A stretch of DNA of 64,000 nucleotides from an uncultured Chloroflexia bacterium (GCA_963819655.1 CAWFXA010000002.1:1696001-1760000); one strand, 5' to 3'; shown: positions 32,374 to 42,376, counted from the first letter of the stretch. Program-made: numbers and translations. Notes: a model not told the origin generated them from the letters alone.

Positions 32374-32886
32374 TCAGGCCGACGGGTCCTTCGGCGTGCC
32401 CGACCCGCCTGAGGTTCCCGATCCGCCGGGAGCTCCCGAGCCGCCTGCGGCTCCCGACTCCTCGTGCGCCTGGCGATGCCAGTCGTCGAAGGTCTCCTGG
32501 TACCGACTGCGGTGGTCGCGGTGGTCACCCCAGTTGCCCGGGCCTCCCGGTCCGCCGGGTCCGCCCCAGCGCCTGCCGCCCCACCCGGGACCGCGCCAGA
32601 ACGCCGCCCGCAGCAGGCCGATGATGAGGAAGATGAACAGCAGGGTGCCCAGGAACCCGAAGATCGAGAACCCGTTGCCCCAGCCCGGCCCGTGGCCGTA
32701 TCCGTAGCCGTAGCCGTACGGATAGGCGCCGTGGGCGACCGGCGTGACGACCACGCCTTCAGGCGCGTTCGCCGCGGCCGTGGTGATCGCGGTTGCCAGC
32801 CCCGCCTGGTAAGCGGCCTGCGCGATGAACCCACCGCCGACGACGATCGCCGCGACGATGAGCAGTCCGATGAACAAGTTACGCAT
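32374..32886 (-). CDS. Two-TM Gly-rich membrane protein
   Basis: AAGGAG RBS; TM helix, YGYGYGHGPGWG, TM helix, GWGGRRWGGPGG, FDDWHRQAH. Confidence 0.75.
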   Translation of the reverse strand: MRNLFIGLLIVAAIVVGGGFIAQAAYQAGLATAITTAAANAPEGVVVTPVAHGAYPYGYGYGYGHGPGWGNGFSIFGFLGTLLFIFLIIGLLRAAFWRGPGWGGRRWGGPGGPGGPGNWGDHRDHRSRYQETFDDWHRQAHEESGAAGGSGAPGGSGTSGGSGTPKDPSA

Positions 32887-32988
32887 GGTTGCGCGTGCTC
32901 CTTGATGCCTTGATGCCTTGACGGCCGCCACGTCGGCGACCTGATGCATCTGATGCTCGCGCTCGAATATGGAGTGGCGATGGAGCGC

Positions 32989-33171
32989 TGATGCACACTT
33001 CGGGTCAGCGGGGCGACCATTGGTTGCTGATGCGCATTGCCCGCATAAGCAGGCGGTCGGCGCGGTCATCACCGCGTCTCGCGAGGCCTGTGGCCGCCGG
33101 TACCACCGTGCGTGATGCGGCCCATGCGCATCAGTACGGGCGGTCGACTCCGCCGGCGTGGATATGCATCA
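32989..33171. repeat. Inverted pair of 60-bp REP-like elements (32989-33048 and 33113-33171)
   Basis: TGATGCACACTT...TGATGCGCATTGCCCGCATAA, and the inverse TGATGCGGCCCATGCGCATCA...GATATGCATCA. Confidence 0.8.
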
Positions 33172-33211
33172 CAGGTGCCGGACCGCGACACCGGGCGACT
33201 ACCATCACGGC

Positions 33212-33844
33212 GTGCGGACGAGGTCCTGGTTCCTGGCGGCAACCGGCGCGATCGCCATCGCGCTCGCGGGGTGTGGAGGGGGTGCGGCGAGCACGGCCGC
33301 GCCGTCGAACGTCGCGCCGTCGAATGCGGCGCCAGCCAGCCCGTCGCAATCTGCCGAGGCGAGCCCGTCCGCCGCCGCGGCGATCGTGGGGGAGTGGGTC
33401 GGGATCCATGACTGCGCGCGCATCGTGACGATCCTCGCCGACGCCGGCCTCGACGAATTCCTTGCCGACGCGGTATACGGCAACGGGCTGATCCCGGGCG
33501 TCGATCCGGGCACGGCAACTCTCAAGGACCCGAGCAAACCGTGTGACGGGGCGGTCGAGCGCCAGCATTCACACTTCTTCACCGCAGACGGCGAGTTCGG
33601 GTCCCGGGACTTCGACGGCAACCGGGTCGACGATGGGACATACACGCTCGAGGGCATCGACGGCATCGTCATCAACGGCAAGCGCTTCACGTACGAGATC
33701 CAGGGTGACGAGCTCACGCTCGAGCCGGAGCCTGTCGATATCTCAACGTGCACGACGAAGGAGTGCCGTTTCGAGGCGACCTGGGTGTTGATGGTCGCGA
33801 TGCCCGGCACGACCTGGACGCGGGGCGAGATCACGCCCTCGTGA
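33212..33844 (+). CDS. Putative lipoprotein
   Basis: LAGC lipobox, Ser/Ala/Pro linker, four further Cys; GTG 6 nt after TACCAT. Confidence 0.75.
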   Translation: MRTRSWFLAATGAIAIALAGCGGGAASTAAPSNVAPSNAAPASPSQSAEASPSAAAAIVGEWVGIHDCARIVTILADAGLDEFLADAVYGNGLIPGVDPGTATLKDPSKPCDGAVERQHSHFFTADGEFGSRDFDGNRVDDGTYTLEGIDGIVINGKRFTYEIQGDELTLEPEPVDISTCTTKECRFEATWVLMVAMPGTTWTRGEITPS

Positions 33845-35350
33845 CGCACGCGCCTCGGTCACTCGTCGCGGCGATCGACCAGGGCACGACCAGCAGTCGA
33901 TGCATCCTGTTCGGCCATGACGGGCGGCCGGTCGCCAGCCACCAGCTCGAGCACCAGCAGATCACGCCGCGGCCCGGCTGGGTCGAGCATGACCCTGACG
34001 AGATCATGGAGCGGGTTCGAACATGCGTCCGGGTCGCGCTCCGGGATGCCGGCACGGATGTCACGGCACTCGCCGCGGTCGGCATCAGCAATCAGCGGGA
34101 GACCACCGTCGTGTGGGATCGCCGGACGGGCCGACCGGTTCATCCCGCGATCGTCTGGCAGGACACGCGAACGTCGGACGCGGTCGTGCGGCTGGCCGCG
34201 GAGGGCGGCATGGATCGCTTCCGGGCAAAGACCGGCTTGCCGATATCGACCTATTCGAGCGCGCTGAAGTTGCGCTGGATCCTCGATCACATCGAAGGGG
34301 ATCCGGATGAGCTCGCGTTCGGGACGATCGATTCGTGGGTTCTGTGGCAGTTGACGGGTGGCGTCGACCGTGGGGTCCACGCGACCGATGTCACCAACGC
34401 GAGCCGGACGATGCTGATGGACCTCGAGACACTCGATTGGGACGCATCGATCCTGGATGAGCTGGGCATCCCGCGGTCGATGCTGCCCGAGATCCGCGGC
34501 TCGTCCGAGGTCTATGGCGACGGGTGTCGGTGACCTCGACGGCGTGCCGATCTCAGGGATCCTCGGCGACCAGCATGCTGCGCTGTTCGGGCAGACCTGT
34601 TTCGAGGCCGGTCAGGCGAAATGCACGTACGGCACGGGCGCGTTCATGCTGATGCACACGGGGACGACGCCGGTGCATAGCACGCACGGGCTGATCACCA
34701 CGGTCGCTGCGCGGCTCGGCGGTCCAGGCACGCCGGCGACCTACGCGCTCGAGGGCTCGGTCGCGGTCGCGGGCTCGCTCGTCCAGTGGCTGCGCGACGA
34801 TCTCGCGATCATCGAATCGGCCGATGAGGTCGAGGCGCTCGCCCGTTCCGTGCCGGATTCCGGTGATGTCGTGTTCGTGCCGGCGTTCTCCGGGCTGTTC
34901 GCGCCGCACTGGCGGCCCGACGCCCGGGGCGTGATCGCCGGTCTGACCCGTTTCTCGACGAAGGCGCACGTGGCGCGGGCCGCGCTCGAGGCCACGGCCT
35001 ACCAGGTGGCCGATCTCGGGGCTGCGATGGCGGCGGATCTCGGGGCGCCACTCCCCGGGGAGCTGCGAGTCGACGGTGGGATGACGCGGAACGAGCTACT
35101 GATGCAGATCCAGGCGGACATCCTGGGGAGTGTCGTGGTCGCGCCGGCGATCACCGAGATCAGTGCCCTGGGCGCGGCGTATGCCGCAGGACTCGCAGTC
35201 GGGTTCTGGCGGGACCTCGACGAATTGCGGTCGATGGATTCTGCGCCGCGTCGATGGGAACCTCGGATGTCCGAGCGTGACCGCGCCGCCGGTCTGGCTC
35301 GCTGGCACAAGGGCGTCGAACGCTCGCTGGGGTGGGTCGAGCCGGCCTAG
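33841..35350 (+). CDS. glpK: Glycerol kinase; frameshift near 34520
   Basis: [32 protein letters not shown] in frame 1; [34 protein letters not shown] in frame 2. Confidence 0.92.
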
Positions 35351-35500
35351 GGTCGAACCGGGTCGAACCGGGTAGGTCGGGCGTTCGTGCACGGTTGTTA
35401 TGCCGATGTGATGTTGCTGATACCCCGCCACGCATCACCGGAGGGAACGACCGGCATCCTCCGCCGCCTACATTGGTGGCCGGTCGAACCGCACATCACA

Positions 35501-35601
35501 AAGCGCGCCAGCGGGCGCCACGTGGGCCTGGGGGGCCCGCGGAGGAACGACGGGGCGAGTGAGCCGACCGTCGAGCACGGGGGACGCCCGCAGGCGCGCT
35601 T
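35501..35601. repeat. Intergenic inverted repeat of about 100 bp
   Basis: AAGCGCGCCAGCGGGCGCC at 35501-35519 matches the reverse complement of GACGCCCGCAGGCGCGCTT at 35583-35601 at 17/19. Confidence 0.6.
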
Positions 35602-35720
35602 CTACATGTCCGGCCCAGGTGGTGGGCCAGCTGGGGCGAGCGGACCCCCTGATATGCGAACGCAAGGCCATCGGGACTAGGGTGGTCGGGCCCGGACGTT
35701 CAGCCGTACGAGGTCCCGTC

Positions 35721-36656
35721 ATGACATCGACCACTCGCCGTCTCGCCGTGCTCACCGTTCTCGTCCTGGGGCTGTCGGTGGCACTGGCACCAGCGGTGGC
35801 GGCCCACGACGATGGGCCTTCGAACCTGCCGGCCCGCATCGATCTGCCGCCGGGCTTCCAGCCCGAGGGGATCGAATCCTTCGGTCCGTTCCTGTTCGCC
35901 GGTTCGCTCACGGACGGCGCGATCTGGCGGGGGAGTGCCGTCACCGGGGAGGGGCAGATCCTCGTTCCGGGCCAGGCCGGTCGCGTCGCAACGGGCCTCC
36001 ACATCGACAAATGGAATCGCCTGTGGGTCGCCGGCGGTCCGACCGGCACGATCCGCGTCTACAGCATCCTCGACGGGAGGCCGCTCCAGACGTACACCTT
36101 CACCGGCACGGGCTTCATCAACGATCTCGACATCACGCGCAACGCGGTGTACGCGACAGACTCCATGAACGCCCAGCTGGCCGTCGTGCCGTTGGGCCGG
36201 CGCGGTCGGTTGCCTGATCCGTCGGCTGTGCGGCTGATGCCACTCACGGGCGACTTCGCACTCCAGCCCGGGTTCAACGCGAACGGCATCGCCGCCCGCG
36301 GCAGCTGGCTGATCATGGTCCAGTCGAACACGGGCTTCTTGTTCCGGGTGCACCCGCGGACCGGCGCGACGCGCAAGATCGACACCGGTGGCTACCTCGT
36401 CACCAACGGCGACGGGCTGGAGCTCCGTGGCCGGACGCTGTACGTCGTGCGGAACCAGAACAACCTGGTAGCCGTGCTGCGGCTGAACGAGAGTTTGCGC
36501 AAGGCTCGATTGCGGGGGGAGATCGCGGCGCCGATGGGAGCTTTGTCCGTGCCGACGACCGCGACCACCACGCTCGGGGCGCTGTGGGTCGTGAATGCCC
36601 GGTTCGGCATCCCGACGACCGAGTATTGGATCACGCGGTTGCCGTTGAAGCCGTAG
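35721..36656 (+). CDS. Secreted SMP-30/gluconolactonase-like beta-propeller protein
   Basis: Signal peptide, GFQPEGI, FINDL, YATDS, FNANGI, NGDGL, VPTT, VNARF. Confidence 0.82.
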   Translation: MTSTTRRLAVLTVLVLGLSVALAPAVAAHDDGPSNLPARIDLPPGFQPEGIESFGPFLFAGSLTDGAIWRGSAVTGEGQILVPGQAGRVATGLHIDKWNRLWVAGGPTGTIRVYSILDGRPLQTYTFTGTGFINDLDITRNAVYATDSMNAQLAVVPLGRRGRLPDPSAVRLMPLTGDFALQPGFNANGIAARGSWLIMVQSNTGFLFRVHPRTGATRKIDTGGYLVTNGDGLELRGRTLYVVRNQNNLVAVLRLNESLRKARLRGEIAAPMGALSVPTTATTTLGALWVVNARFGIPTTEYWITRLPLKP

Positions 36657-36694
36657 GGGCGGTGCCGGCGGTGCCGGCGGTGTCGTCGCCCGGC

Positions 36695-36754
36695 TGATGC
36701 ATGTTTCCGGGCGCCGGTCGGACTGTCGCCGACTGATGCGCATGGGCCGCATCA
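36695..36754 (+). repeat. 60-bp REP-like element
   Basis: TGATGCATGTTT...TGATGCGCATGGGCCGCATCA. Confidence 0.85.
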
Positions 36755-36920
36755 GGGGACAGCGTCGTGCTCGCGGCGAAATTCGACCCAGCTACAGGTC
36801 AGCCTACGCCTCGGGTGTAGGCTGGCTCGAAGCATCCCGACCGCATGAAAAACTGTGTGTGGCCGCTCATACGGGCGCAGTCGCGAGGAACCGCCGGACG
36901 CGCCGGAAGGAGTCGCCGCC

Positions 36921-37571
36921 GTGGTCCCTTCGTCGTTCGTGCGCTTGGCCGGCATCGCGAGCCTGACCGCCGCCGGGCTGATGCTCGTCCACCAGGTCTC
37001 GCAACTCGTCTTCGCGCTCACCATGTCCCAATCGCAGGCGGTCGCGACGCACAGCCTCCGGAACGGGCTCGCGCTCGCCGCGATGTACGCATTGCTGATC
37101 GCCCTCACCGGGCTCTACGCGATGCAGGCGACCGTAGCCGGCAGGCTCGGCCTGATCGGATACCTCGTGGCTGCGCTCGGAACGCTGCTCGTCGCCGGTG
37201 ATTGGTGGTACGAGAGCTTCGTCGTTCCCCTGATCACGGCACAGGCGCCCGAACTGCTGAAGACGGCCATCACTGGGTCCATCCTCATCGGGGCGGTCGC
37301 CACATTCGGGTCGTTCGCCCTCGGATGGGTGCTCTTCGGGATCGCAAGCTACCGCGCAGGCGTCTTTCCACGCGGTGCCTCGATACTGATGGTGATCGGG
37401 GGGATCACGGGCATCCTGGCGCTATCCGCCCCATTCCAGATCCCGCTCGCGCTCGCCGTCGGTTGGATGGGAACGTCGCTGCTTCGGCGCGTCGTGCCGG
37501 ACAGCACGCCGCTGGCCGAAATCACGGCGGCGCCGAACATGCCGCCGCCGACTCCGGCTCCCCGACCCTGA
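36921..37571 (+). CDS. Multi-pass membrane protein of unknown function
   Basis: AAGGAG RBS; about six TM helices; GRLGLIG, FGIASYRAGVFPR. Confidence 0.75.
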   Translation: MVPSSFVRLAGIASLTAAGLMLVHQVSQLVFALTMSQSQAVATHSLRNGLALAAMYALLIALTGLYAMQATVAGRLGLIGYLVAALGTLLVAGDWWYESFVVPLITAQAPELLKTAITGSILIGAVATFGSFALGWVLFGIASYRAGVFPRGASILMVIGGITGILALSAPFQIPLALAVGWMGTSLLRRVVPDSTPLAEITAAPNMPPPTPAPRP

Positions 37572-37674
37572 TCGCCTCGGCGGCGTCGCAGCACGTCCAC
37601 AGGTCAGCCTAGAGACCTTGAAGTCGCTCCAGTGTCAACGTTGTGGGTTCGTAGTCGCGCGGATGTTCTGTGTG

Positions 37675-37695
37675 TGATGCGCATGGGCCGCATCA
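37675..37695 (+). repeat. Hairpin half of the REP-like element, supplying the EamA stop codon
   Basis: TGATGCGCATGGGCCGCATCA; TCA at 37693-37695 is the minus-strand TGA. Confidence 0.8.
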
Positions 37696-38613
37696 AGGAG
37701 GCGAGGCGGTCGATTGCAGGTTCGATGGCCTTGCGAGACGGGCGATCCCGAGCACCGCCAGCAGCACGACACCAGCGCCGATCGATTGCAGCGTCGTGAG
37801 GCGTTCGCCAAGGACCAAGAAACTGGCGACGAGACCGAAGACGGGGATGAGGTAGAAGGAGGCGGCCGCGATCGATGCGGGCATCCGTCGCAACGCCCAC
37901 AGGTACATCCAATAGGCGAGGCCGTAGTAGAGGACTCCGGAAACGGCCGCGCTCGCGAGCCCGATCGGTGATGGGCCCGCCGGCCAGACGGCGCCGCCGA
38001 CTGCCCACGCGATCGCCGCGATGACCAGGGCGAACCCCAGGGCGTACGCCTGCTGGGCGGCGACGATCGAGGCAGTCTCCGTCGCTTGCACCAGCCAGCG
38101 CCGCGCTGCCGTCGTGTAGATCGCGCAGCACACGACACCGGCGAATGTGAGCGCGACACCGACCAGGCTCCCAGCTGAGGCGGGGTCATAGACGACGAGA
38201 CCGACACCGAAGGCCGCGACGAGCGAGAAGGCGATCAACGGCAGACCAAGGCGCTCGCGCAGAAACCATCCGGCCAGGAGCAGGATCAGCAAAGGCTCGA
38301 GCGCCCAGATCAGGACGGCGAGGCTCGCGCTGATCGAGACGAGCCCGAGGAGGCCGAGCGCGTAGGACAGCCCTGGGTTGAGGATGCCGAGGCGTTCGAG
38401 CGCAGCCGGGGCGGTCGGATCGCGGAATGGCAGACGGTTCGCGACGAGCAGGACGGCTATGACAGCCAAGCTCGAAGCGAGCTGGATGGGCAGCAGGGCG
38501 AGGGGCGGGATCTCCTCGACCGCGCGCTTGCTGATGACCGTGCCGATGCCCCATGCCGCCGAGGCGGCGATCAGCGCGAGATAGGCACGGTCCGACCGGC
38601 GTAAGACGGACAT
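37693..38613 (-). CDS. EamA/DMT family transporter
   Basis: AAWG, ten TM helices in two repeats, LEPLLILLLAGWFLRER, LIPVFGLVASFLVLGE. Confidence 0.92.
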   Translation of the reverse strand: MSVLRRSDRAYLALIAASAAWGIGTVISKRAVEEIPPLALLPIQLASSLAVIAVLLVANRLPFRDPTAPAALERLGILNPGLSYALGLLGLVSISASLAVLIWALEPLLILLLAGWFLRERLGLPLIAFSLVAAFGVGLVVYDPASAGSLVGVALTFAGVVCCAIYTTAARRWLVQATETASIVAAQQAYALGFALVIAAIAWAVGGAVWPAGPSPIGLASAAVSGVLYYGLAYWMYLWALRRMPASIAAASFYLIPVFGLVASFLVLGERLTTLQSIGAGVVLLAVLGIARLARPSNLQSTASPP

Positions 38614-38843
38614 GTGAGCGCTCCGAGTGGCGGGTGACCTGACGTTCGTGACAACGTCGGTCTCCTGCACTCGCCATCGCACGTCGCGTAGCCCGGCACG
38701 CGCCGCCGGGCTCCCGGCCGAGGGACCAGTCCCATGACCAGAGTATGTGGCCTCCGCGAGGAAGATTGACATTTCCGGACGGCTCGGCTCACCCATACCG
38801 TGCGATCGACATCGGACGGCCGATGTCGCCACGCGGAAGTGCC

Positions 38844-39392
38844 ATGGATGCCGATCTCGTCGTTCGAGCCCAGCACGGTGACAAAGGGGCCTATGGCCTC
38901 ATCGCCACCGAGATCGCTGCTCGGTTCCTGGCCGTGGCGCGCAGGATCCTGCGTGACCTCGATCTTGCCGAGGATGCGACGCAGCAGGCGCTGCTGACCG
39001 TCTGGCAAGACCTCCCGCAGCTCCGCGATCCGGCGCGCTTCGACGCCTGGTCGTACCGGCTTCTCGTGCACGCCTGTTACGCCGAGCGCCGCAAAGAACA
39101 TCGCTGGGCACCAAACCTCCGACTGCTGCCAGTGGACGAGCCGGCATCAGAGGGCGAAGTGGGCTCGGTCGTCGATCGCGACCAGCTCGAGCGGGGCTTC
39201 CGCCGCCTGTCGATCGATCATCGCGCGGTGGTGGTGCTGCACCACTACCTCGACCTGCCGCTCGACCGGGTCGCCGACATCCTCGGAATCCCCGTCGGGA
39301 CGGCCCATTCCCGACTTCACCACGCGATGCGCGGGTTGCGCGCGGCACTCGATGCCGACGCACGGCCGCCAGTGCAGGAGGCTGCCCGATGA
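38844..39392 (+). CDS. ECF RNA polymerase sigma factor
   Basis: AEDATQQAL, LRDPARFDAWSYR, RAVVVLHHY, IPVGTAHSRLHHA. Confidence 0.92.
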   Translation: MDADLVVRAQHGDKGAYGLIATEIAARFLAVARRILRDLDLAEDATQQALLTVWQDLPQLRDPARFDAWSYRLLVHACYAERRKEHRWAPNLRLLPVDEPASEGEVGSVVDRDQLERGFRRLSIDHRAVVVLHHYLDLPLDRVADILGIPVGTAHSRLHHAMRGLRAALDADARPPVQEAAR

Positions 39393-40843
39393 GCACCGAC
39401 CTCGACACCACGCGCATCGTTCGGTCGTGGCTTCGCACGGACGAGCACGAGTCCGCGGACCGCGTCCTCGACGACGTCCTCGCCCTGCTAGATGCGACCC
39501 CGCAGCGTCAGCGTGTTCGGCCGGCGCGCAGGTTCGTCGACGAGAAAAGCCTCGCCAAGCTCGCGATGGCCGTCGCTGCCGTGCTGGTCGTGGCATTCGT
39601 CGGCACGAACCTGTTGCCGTCATTCGGATCGGTCGGGACGCTACCTTCGCCGCTCCCGACGAGCGCGACGACGAGCCCCACGCCCGACGCTTCCAGCGAG
39701 TTCGAGCCGGGCAGCCACATCCTCACCTCCCGAAACGTGCGAATCAGTATGGCCATGCCCGCGGGCTGGTCGGGCGATGAAAGGAACATCCATCGGCTTC
39801 CCCCGGACGGCTGGCGTGGCCTACTGGGCCTGGCCGTGATACCCGATGAGGTCTGGTACGTCGTCGCCGACGTCTGCGCTGATGAGACGGATGTCGCCTT
39901 CGTCCAGGTGGGCGGCCCAACGGTCGAGGACTTGACGACACCCCTCGTGAACCAGATCGGCGTCCTGAGATCCGGTCCCACGGACATCATGGTCGGCGGC
40001 TATCCGGCCCAGAAGTTCGTGTTGAGACTCTCCCCTGAGTGTCCGGGGGATCAGGGACATGGGATCTGGGCCAACTTCGCGCGGGCGTATGGCTTCTGGC
40101 TGAAGCCGGGAGACACAGGGACGGTCTACGTCGTCGACGTGGATGGGAAGCCTCTGGTCATCACGAGCCAGTACGGCGCCGATGCATCGGCGGAGGACAT
40201 CGCGCAGCTCGAAGCCATCACCGCCTCCATCGACCTCGAGCCCGTGTCCAACCCTTCCCAGCTCGCCGTCGGTGGCGCCTCGGGCTGGCTGCCCATCGGC
40301 GAGCACGCCGTGACGGTGGACGACGTTCCACTGACGTTTAGCGTGCCCGCGCTCGTGCCGGACCGGGGCTGGTCCGGCTATGGCAGCCTGAGCATCACCA
40401 AGGACACCGTGGGGCCACAAGGAGCCGAGGCCCTGGTCTACTGGAAAGGTTTCCCCAACGGTGTGTACCCCTATCCCTGCGCGAACCTGTCGAGCCTGCC
40501 CGTCAATGCATCGACGGCCGATCTCGCGGCCACCGTGTCGACGGCGCCCGGGACCGAGCTCGTCACTGGGCCTTCGGACGTGACCGTCGGTGGGCGTCCC
40601 GCGAAGCACCTGGTGCTCACCGTTCGCGAGGACCTGGGATGCGACCCGGGATACTTCTTCACCACGGATACCCCTACCGGAGGTCCGGGCTGGTGGACCA
40701 CGGACGCGGGCGACGAGATCAAGGTCTGGATCGTCGACGTAGACGGCAAGCGCCTCTTCATCGCCGGCGAGACCAAGCCGGAAGCCGGCTCTGAACTTGA
40801 CGAGGAGATCCAGCAGATCGTCGACTCGATCCAGTTCGAGTAG
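39389..40843 (+). CDS. Putative transmembrane anti-sigma factor with two tandem extracellular domains
   Basis: ATGA coupling to the sigma gene; short cytoplasmic N-domain, one TM helix, Pro/Ser/Thr linker, duplicated GP(T/S)D...GG.PA...VDVDG...SI.(L/F)E domain. Confidence 0.78.
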   Translation: MSTDLDTTRIVRSWLRTDEHESADRVLDDVLALLDATPQRQRVRPARRFVDEKSLAKLAMAVAAVLVVAFVGTNLLPSFGSVGTLPSPLPTSATTSPTPDASSEFEPGSHILTSRNVRISMAMPAGWSGDERNIHRLPPDGWRGLLGLAVIPDEVWYVVADVCADETDVAFVQVGGPTVEDLTTPLVNQIGVLRSGPTDIMVGGYPAQKFVLRLSPECPGDQGHGIWANFARAYGFWLKPGDTGTVYVVDVDGKPLVITSQYGADASAEDIAQLEAITASIDLEPVSNPSQLAVGGASGWLPIGEHAVTVDDVPLTFSVPALVPDRGWSGYGSLSITKDTVGPQGAEALVYWKGFPNGVYPYPCANLSSLPVNASTADLAATVSTAPGTELVTGPSDVTVGGRPAKHLVLTVREDLGCDPGYFFTTDTPTGGPGWWTTDAGDEIKVWIVDVDGKRLFIAGETKPEAGSELDEEIQQIVDSIQFE

Positions 40844-40940
40844 GCCCGCAAACTTCGAAGAATGAACCCTGGGGGTCCATGCCACGCTCTTCAAAGGTGA
40901 TCGGCCGAGACACGGTCGATCATCGGACGAGGAGGGTCGG

Positions 40941-41492
40941 GTGCAGCGAGCGCTCGTCGATCGAGCGAAGCAGGGCGACGGAGAAGCCTTCGACGCCCTT
41001 GCTCGCGCGGCCGGCGACCGGTGCATGGCGATCGCGGTTCGGATCCTGCGCGACGCCGACTTGGCCGAGGACGCGGTCCAGGCTGCACTGATCACGGCCT
41101 GGCGTGAGCTGCGCACCCTGCGCGATCCCGATGCGTTCGAGCCCTGGCTCCACCGGATCCTGACCCATGCCTGCTACGCCGAGGCCAGGCGTCGCCGGCG
41201 GTGGTCCGCAGCGATCCGGGTGCTGCCCGTCGAGGCATCGTCCGGCCCCGACGTCACGCTCACCGTGCACGACCGCGACCAGCTGGAGCGCGCCTTCCGG
41301 AGGCTGACGCTCGAGCAGCGGGCCGTGCTCGTCTTCCACCACTACCTCGGGCTACCTCTGTCCGATGTGGCGGATCGACTCGATATCCCCATCGGGACCG
41401 TGAAGTCCCGCGTGCATTTCGCGACAGCGGCGCTCCGGGCGAGCCTCGAGGCCGACGATCGGACGCCATCCATCAAGGAGCGGCTGGCATGA
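40941..41492 (+). CDS. ECF RNA polymerase sigma factor (paralogue of 38844)
   Basis: AEDAVQAAL, LRDPDAFEPWLHR, RAVLVFHHY, IPIGTVKSRVHFA; GAGGAGGG RBS; upstream TGAACC-N16-CGCTCT. Confidence 0.92.
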   Translation: MQRALVDRAKQGDGEAFDALARAAGDRCMAIAVRILRDADLAEDAVQAALITAWRELRTLRDPDAFEPWLHRILTHACYAEARRRRRWSAAIRVLPVEASSGPDVTLTVHDRDQLERAFRRLTLEQRAVLVFHHYLGLPLSDVADRLDIPIGTVKSRVHFATAALRASLEADDRTPSIKERLA

Positions 41493-42376
41493 CCGCGACG
41501 CGCGACACCGAGCACCTCATCCGCGCCTTCCTCGACGAGGGCGTCACGGAGCTGCCCGAGCGCGTATACGACGCCGTCCGCTCCGACATCGACCGAACCC
41601 ATCAGCGGGTCGTCATCGGCCCGTGGAGGACGCCCGACATGAACACCTTCGCGAAGTTCGCGATGGCCGCCGCCGCCGTGCTGGTCGTCGCGTTCGTCGG
41701 CTATAACCTGCTGCCCAGCGACCCCGGGAGAGGGGGAACGCCCGCCGTCTCGCCGTCCGCGTCGATCACCGCGTCGCCGTCGATTACCGCGTCGCCGTTG
41801 CCCAGCCCACCGCCGAGCGACTACACATTCTTCCCGTATGGCTCGATCGAGGCCGGCAGGCACCCGATGATCCTTGCAGGCAAGTCGCTCACGGTGGACA
41901 TGCCGTCTGGCTGGACCAGCCACCTCGGTTTTCGGCTCTACACCCAGTCGGCCGCGGGGGCGTTCATCTTCTGGACCCCCGCGCCGAGCAATGTCTACGC
42001 GGATCCCTGCGCGCACGAACCGTTGGACCCTCCGGCGGGTGACACCCCGGCCGAGCTCGCGGCCGCTGTCTCGTCGATCCCCGGGACCGACCTGGTCAGC
42101 GGACCATCCGACGTCACGATCGGTGGGCACCCGGCGAAGCTCGTGTCGATCAGGGTCCGCGAGGATGTCGATTGTGTGAGCGGTGAATTCCTCCTCTGGT
42201 ACCCCGATGAGCCGGCCAATGGCCGATTTCCCGATGCACTTGGCGATACGATCAACGTCTGGATCATCGACGTTGATGGGGCCATCGTGTGGATCGACGG
42301 CTCGTGGTCACGCAACGCGACCCATGGGCTGCAAGCGGAAATGCGGCAGATCGTCGAATCGATCCAGTTCGAGTAG
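41489..42376 (+). CDS. Putative transmembrane anti-sigma factor, single extracellular domain
   Basis: ATGA coupling; AK(L/F)AMA.AAVLVVAFVG.NLLPS TM segment shared with 39389; ends IVESIQFE. Confidence 0.78.
   Translation: MTATRDTEHLIRAFLDEGVTELPERVYDAVRSDIDRTHQRVVIGPWRTPDMNTFAKFAMAAAAVLVVAFVGYNLLPSDPGRGGTPAVSPSASITASPSITASPLPSPPPSDYTFFPYGSIEAGRHPMILAGKSLTVDMPSGWTSHLGFRLYTQSAAGAFIFWTPAPSNVYADPCAHEPLDPPAGDTPAELAAAVSSIPGTDLVSGPSDVTIGGHPAKLVSIRVREDVDCVSGEFLLWYPDEPANGRFPDALGDTINVWIIDVDGAIVWIDGSWSRNATHGLQAEMRQIVESIQFE

Noticed and set aside
33841-35350. glpK and other split genes as pseudogenes or programmed frameshifts
   Set aside because: Single indels with intact motifs on both sides and no slippery-site pattern; sequencing error is more parsimonious
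35640-35700. Possible c-di-GMP-I riboswitch (CGCAAGGCC...)
   Set aside because: Lacks the GCAAA/GNRA-tetraloop P2 stem; the resemblance is too weak
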